A stretch of DNA of 21,206 bases, taken from Chthonomonadaceae bacterium. Lineage in GTDB: Bacteria > Armatimonadota > Chthonomonadetes > Chthonomonadales > Chthonomonadaceae. The notes beneath the pieces are model-generated. The model had not been told where the DNA came from. It made no database searches and worked only from the letters and a program-made list of their open reading frames with translations. The position numbers and the translations under genes were made by a program. The stretch is taken from the NCBI GenBank assembly GCA_035650735.1, contig DASRGZ010000191.1:62001-83206 (forward strand), given 5' to 3'. Each line of letters starts with the position of its first letter. The first letter of the stretch is position 1. This document shows, piece by piece, positions 7,959 through 16,139 of the stretch.

Positions 7959-8966
7959 ATGTATCGGTGTATCGTGACAGGGCTGGGCGGCCGGGGACTC
8001 TACTGGGTGCAATGCGCCCACAACGACCCCCGCTGCGAGATTGTCGGGTATGTCGAGCCGGTAGAAGCGAACCGCAAGCGCGCGATAGCGCGGCAGAACG
8101 TGCCGGAAGATCAGATCTTCCCCACGCTGGGGGCGGCGCTGCAAAACGTGAAGGCCGATTTTGTGCTGGACGTGACGCCGCCCGCCGTGCACCATCAAAT
8201 TGCCCAGGAGGCGTTCGACGCCGGCCTGCATGTGCTGGGCGAGAAGCCGCTGAGCGACGATTACAACGTGGCGCGCCAGGTAGTCGAGTATGGGCGCGAG
8301 CGGGGCCGCAAGCATATGATCACGCAGAACTACCGCTTCGGCAGCTTCCCGCGGACCACGCGCCAACTGCTGGCGGAGGGCCTGATCGGGCAGCCGGGGC
8401 AGTGTGATATACAGTTCTATATCCCCTGGGCGGATAGTCCCGGCTCCCACTATGTCACGCAGCCTTACATGCTCATTAACGATATGATGGTGCATCACTT
8501 CGATATGCTCCGCTACGTGCTGGGCGCCGAGCCGGAGAGCGTGCACGCTATCACCTGGAACCATCCCTGGGGCTGGCACCAGGGAGATGCCGCACACGCC
8601 ATCGTGTTTTTCTATCCGCACGGCCTGGTCGCCACGCACGTCGCCTGCGGCTGCGCCGTCGGCTCGCAGACTGGATGGAACGGCGATTGGCGCATTGAAG
8701 GCCCGCTGGGCAGCATAGACTGGGACAAAGACCAGATGCGGCACACGCGCCTCCACCGCACGGAGCGACCGATTCAGGAGGCCCTGACGCCGATATCGGT
8801 GCCTCCGGCCGATCAGGCGATCCTGGATGAGTTCTTCGCCGCCATTGAGCAGGACCGTGAGCCGGAGTGCAGCGCGGCGGATAACCTCAAGTCGCTGGCG
8901 ATGGTATTTGCCGCGATCAAGAGCGCCCAGGAGGGACGCCGCGTGCGGCTGGCGGAACTGGCCTGA
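7959..8966 (+). CDS. Gfo/Idh/MocA family oxidoreductase
   Basis: GLGGRG, GEKPL, QNYRF, DMMVHHFD. AAGGAGG RBS. Confidence 0.92.
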   Translation: MYRCIVTGLGGRGLYWVQCAHNDPRCEIVGYVEPVEANRKRAIARQNVPEDQIFPTLGAALQNVKADFVLDVTPPAVHHQIAQEAFDAGLHVLGEKPLSDDYNVARQVVEYGRERGRKHMITQNYRFGSFPRTTRQLLAEGLIGQPGQCDIQFYIPWADSPGSHYVTQPYMLINDMMVHHFDMLRYVLGAEPESVHAITWNHPWGWHQGDAAHAIVFFYPHGLVATHVACGCAVGSQTGWNGDWRIEGPLGSIDWDKDQMRHTRLHRTERPIQEALTPISVPPADQAILDEFFAAIEQDREPECSAADNLKSLAMVFAAIKSAQEGRRVRLAELA

Positions 8967-9094
8967 CCGCGCCGTATGCCTGCCGACACCTGCCTCATGT
9001 CACCGCAAAGATATATACGCTAAGGCGCAATCTGATGGGATTGAGGCCCGCCAACGCTGCCTCATGTCAGTGCAAAGGGAAAGGAAACAACGGG

Positions 9095-9907
9095 ATGAAC
9101 CGCTTTCATACCACCGCCGATCAGGTGGCGCAATTCCAGCGGGATGGGTACCTGATGGTGCCCGCCCTCTTCGACGCCGAAGAGATGGATCTGCTGCTTC
9201 AGATCGGCAAAGCCGACCAGGAGAAAGTCGGCCAGATCCACGACGTCAAAGACGCTCAGGGCCGCATCTCCCGGCTCTGGCTGACAGCCGACACCGACCG
9301 GGAGGACATCTATAACGGCTTCTGTCACTCCCGCCGCATCGTGGATACGATGGAGGCGCTGCTGGGCGACGAGGTTTACCTCTATCACTATAAGATGATG
9401 GTCAAGGAGCCGAAAGTGGGCGGGGCCTGGGAGTGGCACCAGGATTACGGCTATTGGTACCATAACGGGTGCCTCTTCCCTGATATGGCCAGCTGCTATA
9501 TCGCTGTGGATCGGGCGCACCGGGGCAACGGCTGCCTGCAGGTCATCCAGGGGTCGCATCGGATGGGCCGCATTGAGCACGGAACGTTCGGCGGCCAGAC
9601 CGGGGCGGACCCTACGCGGGTCGAGTTGGCGCTACAGCACCTGGAGCGGATCTATTGCGAAATGGAGCCCGGTTCAGCCCTGTTCTTCCACTGCAACCTG
9701 CTCCACAGCAGCGACCCGAACTTGAGCGAGGATCCGCGCTGGGGCCTGATCTGCTGCTACAACACCCGGCACAACCCCTGCAAGGATCTGCCCGGCCATC
9801 CCAGTTACACGCCCCTGGAGAAGTGGGAGGATAGCCGGATCAAGGAGCTGGGGCGTCGGCAGTTGGCCGAGCTTCAGAGAGCAGGAAAACCTGGCGGCAA
9901 AGGCTAA
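9095..9907 (+). CDS. Phytanoyl-CoA dioxygenase (PhyH) family Fe(II)/2-oxoglutarate dioxygenase
   Basis: QFQRDGYL, HxD motif in WEWHQDYGYW, NGCLQVIQGSH, distal His and Arg in LLHSSDPNLSEDPR. Start MNRFH at 9095 after AAGGA. Confidence 0.9.
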   Translation: MNRFHTTADQVAQFQRDGYLMVPALFDAEEMDLLLQIGKADQEKVGQIHDVKDAQGRISRLWLTADTDREDIYNGFCHSRRIVDTMEALLGDEVYLYHYKMMVKEPKVGGAWEWHQDYGYWYHNGCLFPDMASCYIAVDRAHRGNGCLQVIQGSHRMGRIEHGTFGGQTGADPTRVELALQHLERIYCEMEPGSALFFHCNLLHSSDPNLSEDPRWGLICCYNTRHNPCKDLPGHPSYTPLEKWEDSRIKELGRRQLAELQRAGKPGGKG

Positions 9908-9955
9908 TTGGCTGGCAATAGGTCCTAAACAAGCACATCGGCAAAGGAAAACCGC

Positions 9956-10354
9956 ATGGCGGACGAGTTTGAGCAGCAGGAGTGGGTGAAGTTCGGGGTG
10001 GCGGCCACGCTCTCCAGGCAGTATGCCGCCGACCAGCGCCTTTTTCTGGATCTGCTGGCCCGAATGCTGGAGAGCGCGCTGCCGGAGGAGGCCCAGATCG
10101 AGCGGCGCGGCGGCCTGTTCTCCAAAAAGACGGTGCAGCGCGTGACGGTCACGCTGGGCGAGAACCGCTATATGCTCGAAGATCCCGGTCGCGGCCCCCT
10201 GCGCGCTTTCCGCACGCGGGTTGTGCGTAATATCGCCCTCAAGACCGAGCCGATCCCGGTGCAGGACTGGCTGGCGGAGTTGAGCGCGGCGTTGGAGGAG
10301 CGCGCCCGCACCAGTGCCGCCGCCCGCGAAGCCCTGGCCCGGCTGGTCGGATAG
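9956..10354 (+). CDS. Hypothetical protein (132 aa) in the YbjQ gene run
   Basis: AAAGGA RBS, GC3-rich codons, 28 bp upstream of the next gene. Reads like a helix-beta-helix globular protein; no recognised motif. Confidence 0.85.
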   Translation: MADEFEQQEWVKFGVAATLSRQYAADQRLFLDLLARMLESALPEEAQIERRGGLFSKKTVQRVTVTLGENRYMLEDPGRGPLRAFRTRVVRNIALKTEPIPVQDWLAELSAALEERARTSAAAREALARLVG

Positions 10355-10382
10355 CCCGGCGGAGAGAAAGGAAGAGGGTTCT

Positions 10383-11321
10383 ATGCGGCTGTTTGGCTTT
10401 GGCGGCGGGAACAGCGGGGATAGGGAGGCGGAGCGGGCCAGGCAGGAGCGGCAGGAAGCCAGCCGCCGCAGCCTGGAGCAGGGCGGCCTGCCCCTCAACG
10501 CCATAGATCGTCTGCGCGAGCAGGCGGCACGGCAGGGGACGCCCGGCCACCTCTTCACCGGCGACCTTAGCGTCAAGGAGCTGACTCTGGTGCATCAGGC
10601 AGGCTACGAGCCGCTGGGGCAGGTAATGGGCAGCTCCATCTATCACGTCGGCTGGCAGTGGATGCCTACCTGGAGCGGCAGTTCCGGGGAACTGGAGGTG
10701 CTGACGCAGGCGTTCTACCAGGCGCGGCATCTGGCCCTGGGGCGATTGCAACAGGAGGCGGCGCTGCTGGGCGCGACGGGAGTGGTCGGCGTGCGGCTGG
10801 AGCGCAAGGAGTACGAGTGGGGCGCCGGGATGCTGGAGTTTGCCGCCATCGGCACCGCCATTCGCGAGGCGGACGTGCCGCCCGCCAACGTTTCCGGCGT
10901 CGCGCCCTTTGTCAGCGACCTTTCCGGCAAGGAGTTCTGGATGCTGCGGCAGACGGGCTACCGTCCGGTCGGTTTTGCGGTTGGCAACTGCACCTACTAT
11001 CAGGTGCCGACCTGGCGCACCCAGAACGCTATGACGGGCGGCTTCTTCGGCGGCGCCTGGCAAAACCAGGAGCTGACCGATTTCACGCAAGCGGTCTACA
11101 ATGCCCGCGCGCTGGCGATGCGCCGCATGGAGCAGGAGGCCCGCGCGGTCGGGGCGGAGGGCATTGTCGGCGCGGACATCCAGGTAGAGATGGAGCCGCG
11201 CGAGATCAACGAAAACCGCACGGACATGCTCTATCACTTCACCGCTATCGGCACGGCCATCGCCATCTATACGGGTCGCTGGCCGGCCTTCTCCGTTCTC
11301 AATACCGTTTCGCTCAAATAA
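10383..11321 (+). CDS. Tandem YbjQ-like (UPF0145 / 'heavy metal-binding') domain protein, paralog 1
   Basis: Two internal repeats: FTGDLSVKE...ARHLALGRLQQEAALLGATGVVGVRLE...AIGTAI and FVSDLSGKEF...ARALAMRRMEQEARAVGAEGIVG...AIGTAI. Start MRLFG at 10383. Confidence 0.85.
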   Translation: MRLFGFGGGNSGDREAERARQERQEASRRSLEQGGLPLNAIDRLREQAARQGTPGHLFTGDLSVKELTLVHQAGYEPLGQVMGSSIYHVGWQWMPTWSGSSGELEVLTQAFYQARHLALGRLQQEAALLGATGVVGVRLERKEYEWGAGMLEFAAIGTAIREADVPPANVSGVAPFVSDLSGKEFWMLRQTGYRPVGFAVGNCTYYQVPTWRTQNAMTGGFFGGAWQNQELTDFTQAVYNARALAMRRMEQEARAVGAEGIVGADIQVEMEPREINENRTDMLYHFTAIGTAIAIYTGRWPAFSVLNTVSLK

Positions 11322-11344
11322 GGTCTGGAAAGGAGACCTGCACC

Positions 11345-12166
11345 ATGCCCTATACACCCGGATCGCAAGAAGGATTGCCCACTGCCGCCCGGCAGCGGCT
11401 CGCGGAGATGCGTGGGGGCGCCGGCAAGCGCGGCCTGTTTACCAGCGACCTTTCGGTCAATGAGTTTCTGCTTGTGCGGGAGGCCGGGTTCGACCCGGTA
11501 GGACTGGTCATGGGCAGTTCCATCTACCACATCGGCTTTCAGTTCGCCGGGTTCTTCCAGAGCCAGGAGATGGAGGTGCTGACCCAGGCGATGTACCACG
11601 CGCGGGAACTGGCGATGACCCGCATGGAGGAGGAGGCCGATATGCTGGGCGCGGACGGCATCGTGGGCGTGCGCCTGGAGGTGACCCGCTACGAGTGGGG
11701 CGAGAACCTGGCCGAGTTCATGGCAATCGGCACGGCGATCCGCCACCGGCAGGGAGAGCACTACCGCACGCCCGACAACCGACCCTTTACCTCCGATCTC
11801 AACGGGCAGGACTTCTGGACGCTGCTGCGCGCGGGCTACCGTCCGGTTTCGCTGGTGATGGGCACCTGCGTCTACCATGTGGCCCATCAGGGGCTGCTCC
11901 AGTCCCTCAAGCAAGTAGGCCGCAACGTGGAGATGCAGAACTACACCCAGGCGCTCTACGACGCGCGGGAACTGGCGCTGTCGCGGATGCAGGCGGAAGC
12001 CGAGGCGGTGCAGGCGGAGGGCATTGTCGGGGCGCAGGTCCAGGAGAGCAGTCACGGCTGGGGCAGCCATGTCATCGAGTACTTTGCGGTCGGAACGGCG
12101 GTGACCTCCATCCGCGAGGACCATGAGATCGCTACACCGACGCTCATCCTGCCGCTCACGGACTGA
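11345..12166 (+). CDS. Tandem YbjQ-like domain protein, paralog 2
   Basis: FTSDLSVNEF...ARELAMTRMEEEADMLGADGIVGVRLE...AIGTAI, then a second copy ARELALSRMQAEAEAVQAEGIVG...AVGTAV. AAAGGAG RBS before ATG 11345. Confidence 0.88.
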   Translation: MPYTPGSQEGLPTAARQRLAEMRGGAGKRGLFTSDLSVNEFLLVREAGFDPVGLVMGSSIYHIGFQFAGFFQSQEMEVLTQAMYHARELAMTRMEEEADMLGADGIVGVRLEVTRYEWGENLAEFMAIGTAIRHRQGEHYRTPDNRPFTSDLNGQDFWTLLRAGYRPVSLVMGTCVYHVAHQGLLQSLKQVGRNVEMQNYTQALYDARELALSRMQAEAEAVQAEGIVGAQVQESSHGWGSHVIEYFAVGTAVTSIREDHEIATPTLILPLTD

Positions 12167-12244
12167 GCGCGCCTCTGCGCGGGGCATGCCAAAGCGGAAC
12201 AGGAATCCATCAGGCGACATAACGCGAAGTGAATGGAGGGCTGA

Positions 12245-13279
12245 TTGGAGGACGCCGTCACGCTGCTGAAATCCCGCCGCACGGAGGATCGCATCCGCGC
12301 GGTGACGCTCCTTGCTAGGCTGGCGGGACCCGACGGGCAGGTGATGCTTCTGGAAGCCTTGCAAGATCGCTCCAACTACGTCGCTACGCTGGCCGCTGAG
12401 GCGCTAGGTCGGATTGCCGACGAGTCGGCGGCGCGGGCGATGGTCGAGCGGTTCCTCTTCCTCTCCGAAGACGGCCTGAAGCGCGATCCGGGGTGCCATA
12501 TCCGCGCGCACCTAGCGTTCGCCTTCGGTCGGCTGGAGTATACCCCGGCTGCCGAAGCCCTGCGCGCGGGCATCCGCACGGAGCAGATCGAGCCGGTCGG
12601 CGGCGTTCCCTTCGATACCGCCGCGCACCTGCGCGCCAACTGCGCCCTCGCCCTGGCCCAGATCCATGCCCCGGACGCCCTCCGCGACATCACGCTCCTG
12701 CTCTTCGACACGAGCGGGCACGCTATCGGGGGTGGGCCAAACGCGGAGTTGGTGAAGGTTGAGCCGCGCAAGGCGGCAGCACAGGCGATGGCACGCCTGG
12801 GCAATCCGAATGCGCTGATACCGCTCACCCTCAAGCTTGTCTACCCGGAAGGCGAGGCCGCCGAAGTGTTGCAGGAGTGTATGCAGGCCATCGTCGAGCT
12901 AGAAGACCCGCGCGCCCTGGAACTGCTGACGCCCTACCTCCAGAATCCTGACCCGCACCTGGTCGCCTACGCTGCCCTGATGATCGCCCAGACCCGCGCC
13001 CCGGAAGCGCCCGGCTTGATACGCGAGGCCGTGCAGCGGCTCTCCGGTGATCCGCTCCGGGCGGCGGTGCTGGCCCTGACCACCCTGCGCACGGAGGAGG
13101 CCCACGCCGTCCTGCACGAACTGGCAGGGGAGGAGCGCGAGGCGGTGCGCCTGGCCGTCGTGGACGCCCTCGCCAATTCCCAGGACGCCGCCGACCGCAA
13201 GCTCCTCCGCCACCTGGCACGCCAGGATCGCTCGGCAGCCGTCCGCAGGGCCGCGCAGCAGGCTTTGCCGGCTGATTAA
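12245..13279 (+). CDS. HEAT-repeat (PBS-lyase-like) protein
   Basis: Repeated helical-pair motifs (VATLAAEALGRI, LRANCALALAQI, RKAAAQAMARLG, VRLAVVDALA, VRRAAQQAL). TTG start after GGAGG. Confidence 0.85.
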   Translation: MEDAVTLLKSRRTEDRIRAVTLLARLAGPDGQVMLLEALQDRSNYVATLAAEALGRIADESAARAMVERFLFLSEDGLKRDPGCHIRAHLAFAFGRLEYTPAAEALRAGIRTEQIEPVGGVPFDTAAHLRANCALALAQIHAPDALRDITLLLFDTSGHAIGGGPNAELVKVEPRKAAAQAMARLGNPNALIPLTLKLVYPEGEAAEVLQECMQAIVELEDPRALELLTPYLQNPDPHLVAYAALMIAQTRAPEAPGLIREAVQRLSGDPLRAAVLALTTLRTEEAHAVLHELAGEEREAVRLAVVDALANSQDAADRKLLRHLARQDRSAAVRRAAQQALPAD

Positions 13280-13300
13280 GAGTGTGTCCGGTCCCTTCTG

Positions 13301-13458
13301 GCAGCCCACCCCTAAAGGGATGGACTGCGGACGGCAAGCCCGCTAAAGCGGGCTAAGAGAGGTTGGATGCCTTTATCCTTGATAGGAACCGCTCCACCTG
13401 ACGCAGCCCCATTTATGGGGCTTGCCGTCCGCAGCCCGGTCCTTTAGGGCCGGGCTAC
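13301..13458. repeat. REP/REPIN-like element: two inverted 54-bp arms, each holding two TAAA-loop hairpins, between convergent genes
   Basis: Arm 13301-13354 vs reverse complement of 13405-13458: 43/54 identical by manual alignment. Arms begin GCAG/GTAG. Confidence 0.85.
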
Positions 13459-13466
13459 AGCCGTGC

Positions 13467-14555
13467 TTATTGGGTTGAAACAGACAGGCCCATGCGCTCC
13501 CGCCGCCGCTGGTTGATCTGATAGACAAAGGCCAGCACCTCCGCCACCGCCGCATACAGATCCGCTGGTATCTCCCGCCCCAAATCGCACTGCTTGTAGA
13601 GTGCCCGCGCCAGCGGGGGATTCTCCATAATCGGCACGTCGTTCTGCTGGGCCAGCTCACGGATTTTGAGGGCCAGCCGATCCTGGCCCTTGGCGACCAC
13701 CACCGGCGCGGTCATCTTCTCCGCCTCGTACTTGAGCGCGACCGCGAAGTGAGTCGGATTGGTGACCACGACATCGGCGCTCGGCACCTCGCTCATCATG
13801 CGCTTGCGGGCCATCTGGCGCTGCCGGGCGCGAATCCGCTGCTTGATTTGCGGGTTGCCCTCCACAGATTTGAACTCCTGCTTGACCTCATCTTTGGTCA
13901 TGCGCAGGGATTTCTCAAAGGCGTAGCGCTGATAGAAGTAGTCCAGCGCGGCCAGCACCAGCATCGCCACCGTAATACGCAGCGCCATGCGGTAGGCCAC
14001 GTCCCCCACCAGGCCGAGGGCCTGCGGCACATCCAGACGGGTCATCAGCAGCAGTTGCGGGTAGCTGCTGCGCAACGTGACGTAGGCGATATAGCCGATG
14101 ATGCCGATCTTGTAGAGAGATTTGGCGAGGTTGACGAGCGCGGCGGAGGAGACGAAGCGCTGCGCGCCCGTCAGCGGGTTGAGGCGGTTGAAGTCAGGCT
14201 GGAGGGCGGTCGTAGACCAGATCGGTCCGGTCTGCGCCATGTTGACGATCAGCCCCAGCAGGATGGCGATGGCGGCCAGCGGCCCGACAGCCCGGATCAG
14301 CACCAGGAACATGACCGCGCCATGCTGCATCACCAGGGCGATGGAGATGCGCGTATCGTCAAGATGGTTGAACGAGCCCTCGACGTAGTTCTTGATGCCC
14401 AGGCTGATCCCGCCGCCCAGGCTGTGGAGGGCGATAAGCAGCCCCAGCAGCACCACGATAGAGGAGAGATCGGAGGATTTGGCGACCTGCCCCTTCTTGC
14501 GCGCTTCGCTGCGCCGCCGGGGCGTCGCGGTTTCGGTCCTGTCTTCACCGGCCAT
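13467..14555 (-). CDS. flhB: Flagellar export switch protein FlhB
   Basis: N-terminal RTETATPRR, TM region, LRMTKDEVKQE..EGNP, NPTH autocleavage motif, ENPPLARAL. Confidence 0.97.
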   Translation of the reverse strand: MAGEDRTETATPRRRSEARKKGQVAKSSDLSSIVVLLGLLIALHSLGGGISLGIKNYVEGSFNHLDDTRISIALVMQHGAVMFLVLIRAVGPLAAIAILLGLIVNMAQTGPIWSTTALQPDFNRLNPLTGAQRFVSSAALVNLAKSLYKIGIIGYIAYVTLRSSYPQLLLMTRLDVPQALGLVGDVAYRMALRITVAMLVLAALDYFYQRYAFEKSLRMTKDEVKQEFKSVEGNPQIKQRIRARQRQMARKRMMSEVPSADVVVTNPTHFAVALKYEAEKMTAPVVVAKGQDRLALKIRELAQQNDVPIMENPPLARALYKQCDLGREIPADLYAAVAEVLAFVYQINQRRRERMGLSVSTQ

Positions 14556-14608
14556 GTCACGACCTCAAATGTAGAGAGAAACCGGAGAGCGCCGTCATGG
14601 GAGCGCCC

Positions 14609-15391
14609 TCACTTTGCCGCCGCCACCAGCGCTTGCAGCGCTGCCCCGGTGCCCGCGCCGATCTCGCCGACGATGACGGCGATCACCGGCAGGAGCAGCG
14701 CCACCGTCGCCAGGCCGATCAGGATCTTGGCGGGCGTGCCGACCATGAAGACGTTGACCTGCGGCACCAGCCGCGCCACCAGCCCGAAGGCGACATCCAC
14801 CAGCAGCAGCACGCCCGCCGCCGGCAGCGCCAGCCGGAAGCCCAGCACGAACATCATCTTAATCACCGGCACGGCAGCCAGGCCGGTCGCTCCCGTCGCC
14901 ACCGCCGCGCTAGGCGGCAGCGCGTTGAAGCTCTCCGCCAGCGCCCCCAGCAGCGCCAGATGCCCATTGGCGAGCACGTAGAGGGTCGTCGCCAGTTGAA
15001 TCTGGAACACGCTCAGGACGGAGTTGGGATAGTCGGTAAAGGGGTTGAACAGGTTGATGAGGCCGAATCCCATCTGCGTGTCAATGAAGGCTCCGGCGAT
15101 CTCTACTGCCGAAAAGAGGGCGCGCGCTAGGTATCCCAGCGCCAGGCCGAACACCGCGTTCTTTGCCAGGTCCGCCGCCAGCAGCAGGGCGTGCGTGGGA
15201 ACGGAACCGGTCTTGGGAATGACCAATGGGGTCAGGGCAAAGGAGAAAAAGAGCATAAACCCGGCCTTGACCGAGCGCGGGATCATCCGGTTGCCGAGCA
15301 GGGGCGCCGTCACCACCAGCCCGCCCACGCGCGAGAAGACCAGCAGAAACGTATAGAAATCGTGCGTTCCGATTGCCGTGTAGTCCATCAT
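14609..15391 (-). CDS. fliR: Flagellar export protein FliR
   Basis: FLLVFSRVGG, AGAFIDTQMGF, GLVARLVPQVNVF. Start may be 15388. Confidence 0.96.
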   Translation of the reverse strand: MMDYTAIGTHDFYTFLLVFSRVGGLVVTAPLLGNRMIPRSVKAGFMLFFSFALTPLVIPKTGSVPTHALLLAADLAKNAVFGLALGYLARALFSAVEIAGAFIDTQMGFGLINLFNPFTDYPNSVLSVFQIQLATTLYVLANGHLALLGALAESFNALPPSAAVATGATGLAAVPVIKMMFVLGFRLALPAAGVLLLVDVAFGLVARLVPQVNVFMVGTPAKILIGLATVALLLPVIAVIVGEIGAGTGAALQALVAAAK

Positions 15392-15446
15392 GGCAGGGAA
15401 GCGGCGTTATGGGGAAACGGTTGCAATTTCTCTTTTCCCATAACCT

Positions 15447-15716
15447 CTATTTGATCACCGGCGGCATGTGGCTATAGGTATAGGTCAGGAAGTGAACCAT
15501 CGTGGAGAGCATCCAGGGACCGAAAATAGCCAGCGCCAGCACGACGGCCAGGAGCTTGGGCACGAACGTCAGCGTGAACTCCTGGATCTGGGTCACCGCC
15601 TGGAAAATGCTGACCAGCACGCCGGCCACCAGCCCAAACAGCAGCACCGGCAGCGACAGTTGCAGCGCCACGATTAGGGCGTTGCGCCCTATTTGAAGTA
15701 CCTCTGGCTGTGTCAT
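15447..15716 (-). CDS. fliQ: Flagellar export protein FliQ
   Basis: SIFQAVTQIQEFTLTFVPK signature. ATG at 15716 after AAAGGA gives 89 aa. Confidence 0.97.
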   Translation of the reverse strand: MTQPEVLQIGRNALIVALQLSLPVLLFGLVAGVLVSIFQAVTQIQEFTLTFVPKLLAVVLALAIFGPWMLSTMVHFLTYTYSHMPPVIK

Positions 15717-15855
15717 TATAATCCTTTGTCCAGTTCCCAAAGCCGTAAAGCGAGGACTCTAGAGACTCCAATAGCGAAAAGCCCGTGTGTTCCCCTGGAG
15801 CCACGCGCCTAGATGCAGCGGGAGATTGCTGGCCCGTCCGATGCGGAGGACGATA

Positions 15856-15876
15856 TGTTATAATAAGGGCAGGAGG
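15856..15876 (+). promoter_or_regulatory. Extended -10 promoter (TGtTATAAT) and RBS (AGGAGG) of the TA operon
   Basis: TGTTATAAT at 15856-15864, AGGAGG at 15871-15876. Confidence 0.7.
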
Positions 15877-15887
15877 TGATGAGCGCT

Positions 15888-16139
15888 ATGCAAGCCGCAT
15901 TGAGGTTGACAACAACGGTGTTGCCAGGAAACAAAATCGAATTCACATCCCCTGAACTTAAAGAGGGCGACCGTGTAGATGTGATTCTGCTCCTTCCGGA
16001 AAGGGTCGCCTCGCCGCCATCGGAGCGTATTTCCATGCTGGAACTCGCGGAGACACTGCCGCCCGGCCCACGCCTGTTCCCTACCTGGGAAGAGTACGAG
16101 CGATTTCTTCAGGAAGAGAAGAACGCATGGGATCGCTGA
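15888..16139 (+). CDS. Putative type II antitoxin (VapB-like position)
   Basis: Small ORF (MQAALRLTTTVLPGNKIEF...EYERFLQEEKNAWDR) with an acidic C-terminus, overlapping the PIN gene by 13 nt. Start could also be 15876 or 15879. Confidence 0.75.
   Translation: MQAALRLTTTVLPGNKIEFTSPELKEGDRVDVILLLPERVASPPSERISMLELAETLPPGPRLFPTWEEYERFLQEEKNAWDR

Noticed and set aside
9095..9907. Ectoine hydroxylase (ectD) or halogenase call
   Set aside because: EctD signature and ectABC are absent; the HxD Asp is retained, unlike Fe/2OG halogenases (HxG/A).
10658..11344. N-terminal 229 aa of the 502-aa ORF
   Set aside because: Out-of-frame overlap with YbjQ paralog 1; the real start is 11345 with an AAAGGAG RBS.
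13301..13458. IscB/TnpB-associated omega/HEARO RNA
   Set aside because: Only the TAAA hairpin is reminiscent; no nuclease ORF is adjacent and the element is a symmetric inverted doublet.
13749..14981. Long antisense ORFs (also 2934..3941, 10239..11357, 11267..12364, 17064..17924)
   Set aside because: Shadow frames of well-supported genes, expected in GC-rich DNA; no motifs.
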